In this document: one piece after another, positions 47,841-56,296 of the stretch
Layout: each line of letters begins with the position of its first letter
Numbering within the stretch: the stretch's first letter is position 1
IMG/VR virus record: IMGVR_UViG_3300050021_000838
Length of the DNA: 64,000 nucleotides
Direction: 5' to 3' (one strand)
From: an uncultured virus (IMG/VR IMGVR_UViG_3300050021_000838)
Lineage: Duplodnaviria > Heunggongvirae > Uroviricota > Caudoviricetes
Program-made: the position numbers and the translations under genes
Notes under the pieces: model-generated
Databases searched by the model: none
Seen by the model: the letters and a program-made list of their open reading frames with translations, nothing else
What the model was told of the DNA's origin: nothing

Positions 47841-48110
47841 CCTCGTTTTCTAATACCATTGGCAGATCGGACAATAACTGTCTGTACGTTTGTTCGGAAG
47901 AAAGTCCATCTGCATAATAATTTCTTAATTGTTCGTCATCAAATTGTTCGAGATACTGAGCGCCATCGACACACTGGACATCCTCACAATATTTGAGAAC
48001 TTCCATGTACCAGTCGAGATACTTGTCGCTATCCCGCCGAAGGTTTCGTTTTTCGTTTATTTTCGCTGTTTCCATTTGTCTCATAATGTATCTTATGTAA
48101 ACTTACAATT

Positions 48111-48608
48111 CTATTGTGACTGCAAACACTCCCCTTCTCGTGCTACAATTTTCTCCACATACAAACTTTCATCAGGTGCTTCAAAGTTAAACGGACCTTG
48201 ATGTCCGGTGGCCGGTATCGGGATTTTCAAAATTCTCGGACCCTCCATGATGTATCCGAATCGTCCAGCTGAATACCCGCCAAACATTAGTTCGGGCATT
48301 CGAATCTTTGTGAGGTTCACATAGAAGCCTGGGTTTACGTCCTGTATCGGATAGCCACCCAAGACATTTACTTTGCCAAGTATCTTGCCGAGGTTCTTCT
48401 CCAGATCTCTTCTCGTAAGTCCGATAGACTTTAATGCTTCCGCAAATTCGGGTATCTGGCAGACCTCTTTCTGATATGTCGTCCATTTCTTGCCAGCATG
48501 GATGAGCAAATCTCCCTTAATATTCCTCAGCCATGATCTCGTTTCAATTTTCTTATGACCGTAAACTATCAAAGTAGCCCACGGCTCGTATAATGTTAGT
48601 ACCCGCAT
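48111..48608 (-). CDS. ASCH domain protein
   Basis: LTLYEPWATLIV.G.KKIETRSW...GDLLIHAGK...PIPA.G.QG. Confidence 0.88.
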   Translation of the reverse strand: MRVLTLYEPWATLIVYGHKKIETRSWLRNIKGDLLIHAGKKWTTYQKEVCQIPEFAEALKSIGLTRRDLEKNLGKILGKVNVLGGYPIQDVNPGFYVNLTKIRMPELMFGGYSAGRFGYIMEGPRILKIPIPATGHQGPFNFEAPDESLYVEKIVAREGECLQSQ

Positions 48609-48647
48609 CTTATCCCTAATTGGTTATAAAATTGTTGTATGATTTAC

Positions 48648-48668
48648 TTTCAAATCCCGTGCTAAGAA
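48648..48668 (-). promoter_or_regulatory. sigma54-like promoter motif, copy 9
   Basis: TTCTTAGCACGGGATTTGAAA. Confidence 0.75.
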
Positions 48669-48900
48669 AAAATAAAGGCAGACCGGAATTTCACCAACCA
48701 CTTAATTTCCTTATAAAGTATCATAGCTGAGAAATACTCCCACGTACAGACTGCTCCTTTATATATCCCTATGGCATACTTGATATCCAATACTTCTACG
48801 ATTGTCTCTTCATCGAGCCATTCCTGGATGGCAATTCCTAAGTTTTCAGCCGAAGCCATCGTAATTGTCTCAATCTTAATTTCATTCGATTTCGTTGGAA

Positions 48901-49380
48901 TCATGACGGTACTTCCTTATCCTTAGCAAGTATTGGCAGTTCGACTTCCTTTACAGGAATAGAGAACTGGTTTGCCAGAAACTGTTTGAGCGAATCTACG
49001 CTTCCATCAGCCTCCATGAATTCCTCATATACCTTTTCGAAGGTTGCTTTACCAGCATCAAAATCATTGAGAGCCTTCACTACCCTGCAATCCTTTGGCT
49101 TATGCTCCCCATGCCATAGTCGAATATAATCGATAATCTCCTTGGACTGGTCTTCCTCGAAAATAACTCCCTGATAGTTCTCGTCTCCTAGTGGCTCCCC
49201 GAAAAATCCGACCAACTTATTGGCGAAATCTTCTACTGCTTCCTTATCCGGACCTTTATACGTAGCAATGCCCTCCCCTGTCGCCAGAGAATATACATCC
49301 ACTTCGTTTATTTCGCCGTCAAGAACTCTCTGAACTACGATTGTTTCATCGTTATACTTGTAATGCGCTGAGGACATCAT
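48901..49380 (-). CDS. hypothetical protein
   Basis: ORF with AAGG RBS. Confidence 0.55.
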   Translation of the reverse strand: MMSSAHYKYNDETIVVQRVLDGEINEVDVYSLATGEGIATYKGPDKEAVEDFANKLVGFFGEPLGDENYQGVIFEEDQSKEIIDYIRLWHGEHKPKDCRVVKALNDFDAGKATFEKVYEEFMEADGSVDSLKQFLANQFSIPVKEVELPILAKDKEVPS

Positions 49381-49678
49381 GCTAATACCTTACTTTTTAA
49401 TTTCATTTAATCATCTACCGTGACAGCAAAATGGCTTACACTCCATCCTATCGTCTCAAACATTTGGTTCAGTAATGATTCGATTTTACATTTTGTTGAT
49501 TCATTCGTATCATCTTCCGGATCATTCATGATTTTGGTTAGGACACTAACCTCATATATCCTCTGGTTTGTGCCGTCATTCAGTGGATCTCCCGTCTCCC
49601 AGACATTATATCCTGCTATTCTATCCAGAACATCACTATCAATCTCATCGAGTTTGAAAAATGCTATTTTACCGAAAG

Positions 49679-50401
49679 TCATGATGTTGCCTTTAATTTT
49701 AGTTTTACTTTTCCGCCTACAGCCATAACTACCTGCGTTGTGCAAAGGTGTGGCTCTTTTAATACTATCGGGATCTCTTTATGACAGAATTCACATGGTA
49801 TCGTTACTTCATCCCCGCCTTTCATATCTGGGGAAGAAATATCTTCCACACCATGAATAAAATCAGGTACTATTTCCAAAAACTTTGCCGGAGCCTTATT
49901 CTCCATGCTTATCTTATCTCCAGCCCAATGTCCGACCAAATACATACTGGAGCCGTGGTAATCTCCGCTGCCTCTATTATTCCCACTCGCTGTTAGCAGC
50001 GGAAGCGGATGTATCTGTAATCCGTCTATTTCTGCTGGAACCGCCTCAAGATCTACGTACTCCTGTTTTGTGTGGTTCACAATGAACGTGAATCCAGATA
50101 TAGAAGTTGCTTTTACTTTTCTTGGTGTCTTAAATTTCCTGGCTATATGATTCAGGTTGGTCGCTTTTTCCACGGCGCGGATCTCCGCCACCGTCATGAA
50201 GGCGTCGGCATCACCATAATCGCCAGCCCAGACGAGCGGTTGCTTATACCAGCCGTGTTTCGGTCTGAGCAGAACCTCTACCGCCGCAACGAATTCATTA
50301 TCGATGAACCCATGCTCCATTATTTTACCGCCATTCTCATAATCATGCGGGAACATTGCTTCCCGTTTCTCGGGATTTACCGCTATATATGTCTGTCCCA
50401 T
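49679..50401 (-). CDS. conserved phage hypothetical protein
   Basis: MGQ.Y..VN...VWAGDYGD...NHTKQEYVD...IHPLPLLTA.GN.RG.GDY...VG.WAGD. Confidence 0.65.
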   Translation of the reverse strand: MGQTYIAVNPEKREAMFPHDYENGGKIMEHGFIDNEFVAAVEVLLRPKHGWYKQPLVWAGDYGDADAFMTVAEIRAVEKATNLNHIARKFKTPRKVKATSISGFTFIVNHTKQEYVDLEAVPAEIDGLQIHPLPLLTASGNNRGSGDYHGSSMYLVGHWAGDKISMENKAPAKFLEIVPDFIHGVEDISSPDMKGGDEVTIPCEFCHKEIPIVLKEPHLCTTQVVMAVGGKVKLKLKATS

Positions 50402-50537
50402 TATCTCGTCCTCTCTAATTTATCCATTAACTCTTTGGCATACTTCTCGATTTCTTCTTCAGGAACACACATTGCTTTAAGAAATGCAAGAAAGTCATCC
50501 CAACGTTCTTCAATATAAATCTTTACTAAATCCATTA

Positions 50538-50951
50538 TTATCTCATCGGATATTCTTTATCGTACAATTCAAACTGATACTCATTCGAGATTTTATACGC
50601 ACTTTTCGTCCCCCAAAACGTTAATCTTTCGAATAGCCAGTTTATCTGCCTCTCGTTCCTGGGTAGCGGAACCTGCAACGGACACTGAGTCGCCTTGTTA
50701 AAACAACCTTTGTGGTCGATATATAACTTAACCGGACCTTCATCTTCACGCTTGCCCAGGAATCCATAGATTCCATGACCGGTAATCTTATAGCAGTCAT
50801 CGCCTTCGGAGGCCACATCATAGTTCGCTTTTCTGAGCATGACTACCATCTCGTCGATAGTGACTTCTACATTCCGTTTCCTTGGTTCAAACGATTTCGG
50901 ATCAAATTCAAAATCCACAGCATCCAGATCTTTGCCATTTTTATACATCAT
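50538..50951 (-). CDS. hypothetical protein
   Basis: Likely start MMYKNG (ATGA overlap). Confidence 0.55.
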   Translation of the reverse strand: MMYKNGKDLDAVDFEFDPKSFEPRKRNVEVTIDEMVVMLRKANYDVASEGDDCYKITGHGIYGFLGKREDEGPVKLYIDHKGCFNKATQCPLQVPLPRNERQINWLFERLTFWGTKSAYKISNEYQFELYDKEYPMR

Positions 50952-51472
50952 ACTGACTCTCTCACTTCCAATTCTTTGCTCATATACATATCCAGTACTT
51001 CCCACATTTTTTCGTGAAGATTGCCATTCTGCAGCATTGCCTTGAATAGCGCATACTGTTTCTTATACGAGTTGAAAAACTTCTCGTTATGGAATACCCA
51101 ACTTCTACGGACATTGGCAATTCTATCAGCAAGTTTCAGCTGAACAGCCTTCTGACATTCCGCAGTTTTGGTATACGTTCTCACCAATGACTCCTTCTTG
51201 TCCTTTCCAGGCTCATTCGTAACCCGCCATACGATTTCAGAGACTTCATCGCCGAAATACTTGGCTATCAACTTCCGAGTCACCTGAGTGTCCTCTACGG
51301 CGTCATGGAGCCAGGCAGCAACCAATATCGGTTCGTCCGTTACGCCAAATTCGTACAGAAGGATCTCATAAACGTTGTTCAGATGTTCCGAGTAAGGCAA
51401 CCCATCCCCGTATTTCTGTTTAGCATGGAGCATTTCTGCCACCATTTTAGCATTTTTAATATTTTCTGTCAT
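50948..51472 (-). CDS. HD-domain hydrolase (small alarmone hydrolase / SpoT-hydrolase-like)
   Basis: HAKQ.Y...PYSEHL..V...AAWLHDAVEDT...KLADRIAN. Confidence 0.85.
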   Translation of the reverse strand: MTENIKNAKMVAEMLHAKQKYGDGLPYSEHLNNVYEILLYEFGVTDEPILVAAWLHDAVEDTQVTRKLIAKYFGDEVSEIVWRVTNEPGKDKKESLVRTYTKTAECQKAVQLKLADRIANVRRSWVFHNEKFFNSYKKQYALFKAMLQNGNLHEKMWEVLDMYMSKELEVRESV

Positions 51473-52323
51473 ACTACATCCTTTGGATACTCCCGAATCT
51501 TTAGATGCTCGGGAAAATCCTCTATATTTCTAATTACTTTATCTTCCCCTGATAATTGCTTAACGAATAGCGGCGTCTTGTTCATCTGGCAAGCCTCCCT
51601 GATGTCGTTTATCCAACTTACCGGACAATCCCTTCTCGAAGTACCAGATTCGCAGCCGACTACCACCCAATCTATGCGCTGTAGCCCGCCGCTTCTGGGG
51701 AAATCTTTCGCCATTTTCAGACATCCTCCGCACCTGCATAATGTATCGCCCAATGTTTTGGATTGCAGGTCGATTCTGGATAACATTGGCTCAATACTTA
51801 CCCACCTTAAAGCCACCGGCATCTGCATGAGTATCAGAATTCTTTTGTCTGCCATTTCCTGATCCTCAGCCGTAACACCGAACCATAAATTCTTCATTCC
51901 GGATTTGTACCATGCTTCAAAACTTGAACTTGCAACATGCTTGGTCATCCAATCCGCCAGATACGCATAAAACTCCAAAGCTCTCTCAGGTCTTTTCGTA
52001 AGCACCTGAAACGTATGCTTCGGACATCTTGCCATCGTAGCATACACTCTGAAAATAAATTCAAACGGGACGTCCTCGTGAAATAAATCAGACATCGAAT
52101 TAACAAAAATCTTTCGTGGCTTCTGCCACCTGTAAGGGATCTCCAATTTATCGGTGTGGCACTTGACATCCGTAAATTTCCTGTCGTCCTTGCCGAACTC
52201 GCCGAGCCTTCTTTTGGCATAATTCTCTGCATAGCAGTGTTTACAGCCGGCACTTACCTTGTCGCAACCAGTAACGGGATTCCAGGAACTGTTAGTCCAT
52301 GCAATTTCGCTTTTACTTCCCAT
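51469..52323 (-). CDS. phage Gp37/Gp68 family protein (DUF5131)
   Basis: WNPVTGCDKVSAGCKHCYA, FVNSMSDLFH, FQVLTKRP, SIEPML, WVVVGCESG. Confidence 0.92.
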   Translation of the reverse strand: MGSKSEIAWTNSSWNPVTGCDKVSAGCKHCYAENYAKRRLGEFGKDDRKFTDVKCHTDKLEIPYRWQKPRKIFVNSMSDLFHEDVPFEFIFRVYATMARCPKHTFQVLTKRPERALEFYAYLADWMTKHVASSSFEAWYKSGMKNLWFGVTAEDQEMADKRILILMQMPVALRWVSIEPMLSRIDLQSKTLGDTLCRCGGCLKMAKDFPRSGGLQRIDWVVVGCESGTSRRDCPVSWINDIREACQMNKTPLFVKQLSGEDKVIRNIEDFPEHLKIREYPKDVV

Positions 52324-52327
52324 TATT

Positions 52328-52777
52328 TTACATGCACTCCTTTATAACTTCGCTTTCAATTTCTTTCATGGATGTCCACGGAATCATGGTTTCTCCCTGC
52401 TGATCTATCAGATAAATCGGAATCTTTAATTCCTGAGCTATTCTGATTTCGCTATCAACGCCACCCGACGTATCCCATCCTGGCATGGTTACAATAATCA
52501 TTTTGCTCGATACGCTTAAATACGCCCGGCAGAAGTTCTCCCAGAACTGCAAATCAGTCGGTAGAGAATAAGCAAATGCAATCGAGTGTGCATGAGCTAT
52601 CGGCGAAAATATCGTGTAACCTTTGTTCATAAGTACCCCAGCTACTCTACTTGCGTCCATCGCTCGTTTATCCCTGACCATTGAATCCGGATCTGAGTAC
52701 GGAGAGGACAAATAAATCAAGGGTTTACCGAACTCCTGTTCCAATCCTTTCAGTTTCTCTTCTTCAAACACAGGCAT
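52328..52777 (-). CDS. DUF1937 (nucleoside deoxyribosyltransferase-like) protein
   Basis: IYLSSPYS...FSPIAHAH...PGWDTSGGV..EI..A; start moved to MPVFEE (TAATG coupling). Confidence 0.8.
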   Translation of the reverse strand: MPVFEEEKLKGLEQEFGKPLIYLSSPYSDPDSMVRDKRAMDASRVAGVLMNKGYTIFSPIAHAHSIAFAYSLPTDLQFWENFCRAYLSVSSKMIIVTMPGWDTSGGVDSEIRIAQELKIPIYLIDQQGETMIPWTSMKEIESEVIKECM

Positions 52778-52923
52778 TATTTTTTTCTCCCCATGAAAAT
52801 CTTCACGTTGTTCCATTGTAACTGAACAAATGCCACACCGCCGAGTCTTATTAAATCCAAAAGGTTCACATGGGCAAAGTGGTCCGGGCACAATCCGAGA
52901 TAGTGCATTATCGATTCGATCAT
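52777..52923 (-). CDS. small hypothetical protein (48 aa, not in the ORF track)
   Basis: MIESIMHYLGLCPDHFAHVNLLDLIRLGG...; first ATG after motif copy 10, and its stop overlaps the next start. Confidence 0.55.
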   Translation of the reverse strand: MIESIMHYLGLCPDHFAHVNLLDLIRLGGVAFVQLQWNNVKIFMGRKK

Positions 52924-52966
52924 TGTCGTAACTTGATTTGTTAAAAAATATGTTATGAGGGATAAC

Positions 52967-52987
52967 TTACAAGAAGCGTGCTAAGAT
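52967..52987 (-). promoter_or_regulatory. sigma54-like promoter motif, copy 10
   Basis: ATCTTAGCACGCTTCTTGTAA. Confidence 0.75.
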
Positions 52988-53000
52988 TTTTTGTGCCGTT

Positions 53001-53657
53001 TTATTCATTTTCGTCTTCAAATATCCAGATTCTATTTCCGGATGCCTCTCCCCTACTGACAACCCATTGCGGATCTATCGTAGTAAATCGGTGCGTTTTC
53101 AAAATTCGTTTTGTTCCATGGATCTTCTCGTGCCCAATCAAGATATATTTCTTGACGTGCTTCAATATATTTTCTTCATCGACACCGTCAACCATTGAGG
53201 TACCTTCATCCGCCTTCGTTTTGTAAAGCTGCGTAACCCATGAAGCCACAACCGTCCATGGGTGATATCTTCTAACTGCATCCATAGCCTCTAAATGGTC
53301 TACCTCTTGCGGATAATTGATCGTCGGCTGTCCTATCATTTTATAATAAGCTGCAATCTCAGGCTTCCTCTGAATCATGGCATCCGTCATCGGTATATTC
53401 AGAAACCTTCCAAGGTTGCCAGCACCGGCCCCTATCTCGATTGGACGGTATCCGGTTATCAATGGCTGAAGCTGATTGATTAGTTCAACTGTCGGAAGGA
53501 AATACAAAGCATGGAAATGACAGAACAATCTTCTGTCAAGGAAGTCGATGCTATCATATACAGACTTCGATAAGAGTTTCAGCCGGCCATGTTCGTCCAG
53601 AAGCAATGCCTCAATATCGCTGATGTCTTTTTGGTCTAAAACCAGAGCTTCCATCAT
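53001..53657 (-). CDS. putative SAM-dependent methyltransferase-like protein
   Basis: IEIGAGAGNLG SAM-binding motif. Confidence 0.55.
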   Translation of the reverse strand: MMEALVLDQKDISDIEALLLDEHGRLKLLSKSVYDSIDFLDRRLFCHFHALYFLPTVELINQLQPLITGYRPIEIGAGAGNLGRFLNIPMTDAMIQRKPEIAAYYKMIGQPTINYPQEVDHLEAMDAVRRYHPWTVVASWVTQLYKTKADEGTSMVDGVDEENILKHVKKYILIGHEKIHGTKRILKTHRFTTIDPQWVVSRGEASGNRIWIFEDENE

Positions 53658-54124
53658 ATCTGTCCTTTATCCAATTTTTCAAAATATACGTCCAGCAGAT
53701 ACATTAACGACTCGCCATTATCTCCATCACCACCTGACTTCCAACAGAAGTAGTCATCATTCTCTTCATAATCAATTTTGGCTATGGCTTTATAAAGCTC
53801 TTCAGACCTATCATCATGGTCAATTCCCTGTTCCCATCGCTGATTCGGATTCAAACCTGACCGGGGATCTATTACAAGTTCAAGTGCTTCCTCTTTCACA
53901 AATATTTCGTCACCCTCTTTCGACCTAACATGATATATCGGAATGAAATCAATCGGATGTAACAAGATGGAAGTTATCCTTCCAACAAGGCCATCCTTTC
54001 CATCCAAACGGCTCTCTTGTTTATTCATGGGCAATAGAACAGATATAAAACTTTCATTCGAACGATGGATCGTTGGGAAAATCTCCCCAGCGTTTACCAA
54101 TATCACTTTATCCTTAATCTTCAC
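53654..54124 (-). CDS. hypothetical protein
   Basis: WEQGIDH...WKSGGDGDNGESLMYLLD. Confidence 0.6.
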   Translation of the reverse strand: MKIKDKVILVNAGEIFPTIHRSNESFISVLLPMNKQESRLDGKDGLVGRITSILLHPIDFIPIYHVRSKEGDEIFVKEEALELVIDPRSGLNPNQRWEQGIDHDDRSEELYKAIAKIDYEENDDYFCWKSGGDGDNGESLMYLLDVYFEKLDKGQI

Positions 54125-54144
54125 TTGAACTCCATTTATTTTTG

Positions 54145-54229
54145 CACGTAGAGCAGGATTCGAACCTGCGAAGGCTTTCGCCGACAGTTTTGGAGACTGT
54201 TCCCTTAGACCAGACTTGGGTATCTACGT
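54145..54229 (-). tRNA. tRNA with CCA anticodon (Trp) and a long variable arm
   Basis: Acceptor ACGTAGA/TCTACGT plus G73; anticodon arm ACAGT-CTCCAAA-ACTGT; variable arm GGC-GAAA-GCC; T arm GCAGG-TTCGAAT-CCTGC. Confidence 0.88.
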
Positions 54230-54618
54230 ATTAGCGCCCGGCTTATTCCACCGGGCAAATTCGATTCCCTGCATTTCGATAGAAAATCTTCATGCTATCC
54301 AGATCTTCGCTTTCAAGGAAGTCTTGTTTCACTTCCATTATCTCAAAGGTCAGTAGTCGGAGAAACTCTATCATATATCTTTTCTGAGACATAGTACCTC
54401 CATCTTTGTTATATGAGTCTGGCCAGAAATCATTTTCTTACTTTAACTGTATTTCCTACATAGGAAACTTAATCATTCTTCTGTCTCCGTTACTTCCGTC
54501 AAATCGAAGTTACTTGGGAACTTTGCTATTACCGACAGCTCCTCGTTGGCTTCATCCTCTGTATCTGCCGGTATCGTAATTGAGTTACCATTCGAATCGT
54601 CAAAAATGTATAAGGCCA

Positions 54619-55752
54619 TTATGCTACCTCATCCATATCTTCGTACAGTCTGATAGCAAAACCCTCGCCAGGTACGCCAACTGCAATACTTGGTATTCCC
54701 TTTTCAGAGTAATCATAAAACTTAACCATTAGCATTCTTCCAATGTGCTCATCTGCGTGTCTGAACCAGTAAGCCTTATCTTCATAAGTTCCTTTCGGTT
54801 CGACATCGAACGATGCACTTCCATCCGGCAATTCGCATAACCATGTTACACATCCAAGGTTCTTCCCTTTGCCTGATTTGTAGCCGACTATCTTGAATTC
54901 CGCGTCCTGGAATGATTTCACTTTTAGCACATCATAGGTTTCCTTACCCATGACATATACCGCTTTCATGTTTCTAACCATCGCACCCTCAAAGCCTTCC
55001 TCTACGAATTGTTTTTCGTAAGCCAGAACTTCAGCTTCATTGTTGGCAATAAAGGTTTCTACTTCTTTGATGCAAGGCGCTGTTACTTCTCTCAGGAGTT
55101 CATGTATCAGGGCTAGTCTTTCATCCTGTGGCATATTCGGTTGGTCAACTACAACGCAATCGAATACATGGAATTCCATAGCATCTGATCTGGGACCTCT
55201 GTACTTTTTAACTCTTCGGTTGGTTTCTTCCAGCGTGAGTCCATGTAGGTAAATCTCTCCAAGTGGAAGGATATTCTTCGGTACTTTGCCAGCAAAAGCA
55301 TTATTTATATGCTGGACTGATGAATATTCTTTGTTGCCTCTGCTCTGCAGTTTAATCCCCGGCATCTCTCTTACCATTGTGTTCAGCCCATTGTACTTTC
55401 TCTGGACAAAACATGGGTAAATTACTTTACTTTTATGTTTGCCAAATTCATTTGCATGCTGAGGCAGGACTTTCGTGGTACCAAGAGCTTCTTCCCGTGT
55501 CTCTGAATATTTCTTATCCAGTTTCTTCTGCCATTGAGCCTGAGCCTCTTTCACTGCCTGTTCTTCCGGAGTAGTTTCATTAGCTTTGCCAATGTTCTTT
55601 CCGATTACCGCTACCGGAGCTGACGACTGTAATTTGCCGCCGACTTTCCCATATTCTTTAATAATCGAATTGCCTTCCACTCGGATCGTCCACTGCTGAA
55701 GTCCACCTTCCTTGTTTTTCTCATACAAGGTTGGTAAAATGACTGTTTGCAT
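54619..55752 (-). CDS. ATP-dependent DNA ligase (phage type), paralog B
   Basis: QRKYNG, LGEIY, FHVFD, EGFEGAMVR, LKVKSF. Confidence 0.88.
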   Translation of the reverse strand: MQTVILPTLYEKNKEGGLQQWTIRVEGNSIIKEYGKVGGKLQSSAPVAVIGKNIGKANETTPEEQAVKEAQAQWQKKLDKKYSETREEALGTTKVLPQHANEFGKHKSKVIYPCFVQRKYNGLNTMVREMPGIKLQSRGNKEYSSVQHINNAFAGKVPKNILPLGEIYLHGLTLEETNRRVKKYRGPRSDAMEFHVFDCVVVDQPNMPQDERLALIHELLREVTAPCIKEVETFIANNEAEVLAYEKQFVEEGFEGAMVRNMKAVYVMGKETYDVLKVKSFQDAEFKIVGYKSGKGKNLGCVTWLCELPDGSASFDVEPKGTYEDKAYWFRHADEHIGRMLMVKFYDYSEKGIPSIAVGVPGEGFAIRLYEDMDEVA

Positions 55753-55803
55753 AGTTTACTTCCTTTTACTTGTTACTGTTATTTAATTGTTATGAAAGGA
55801 TAC

Positions 55804-55824
55804 TTACAAGTTCCATGCTAAGAA
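55804..55824 (-). promoter_or_regulatory. sigma54-like promoter motif, copy 11
   Basis: TTCTTAGCATGGAACTTGTAA. Confidence 0.72.
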
Positions 55825-56033
55825 ATAAAGGGGGAGCCATCTCACATGTTTAGCTGGGAGCTTCTGCAATGGATTCATAATATTCCACACCCATAGGACT
55901 ATTTGCTTTGAAATAATCATAAGCAGAATACGATATGATACTGGCGACACTCAATCCCAAGACGCTTGTTTCTCAGTAGGGCAGCAAGCAGCGGCAAGGA
56001 CAACTGAATCATTTGCCTTTCTCCTTAATAGCA

Positions 56034-56067
56034 AAAGAGGCGACTCGTGTTAACTTGTCACCTCTTT
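56034..56067 (-). terminator. hairpin/terminator downstream of the tRNA
   Basis: AAAGAGG(C/T)GAC...GTC(A/G)CCTCTTT inverted repeat. Confidence 0.5.
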
Positions 56068-56084
56068 ATATATTTTGTAATTTG

Positions 56085-56156
56085 CTGCGTGATTAGGAGT
56101 CGAACCCAAGTTTCCGACTTGAGAAAGCCAGCGTCCTAACTTTAGACGACCACGCA
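56085..56156 (-). tRNA. atypical or degenerate tRNA-Glu(CTC)-like gene
   Basis: Acceptor TGCGTGG/TCACGCA, Glu-type D arm GTCT..AGGAC, 8-nt loop TTTCTCAA, T arm TTGGG-TTCGACT-CCTAA; D loop lacks GG. Confidence 0.65.
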
Positions 56157-56296
56157 ATATTAAGAACGATTACGAGGTCAAATGTATCGGATTGATTAGT
56201 CGTTGTCCTCCTTAAAATCTTAAGGAGTGACAGATTGAAGGTGTTCTGTTATATCTATTACTAATGCGGGTATTGAAAGAGAATGGCTAAAGTTAC

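Noticed and set aside
48090..48120. Partial motif (TTGTAAGT) upstream of ORF 47818..48084
   Set aside because: It lacks the TAGCAC box, so it was not counted
55825..56030. Another ncRNA or small ORF between the tRNA terminator and motif copy 11
   Set aside because: Only a ~31-codon ORF and no convincing set of helices found by eye
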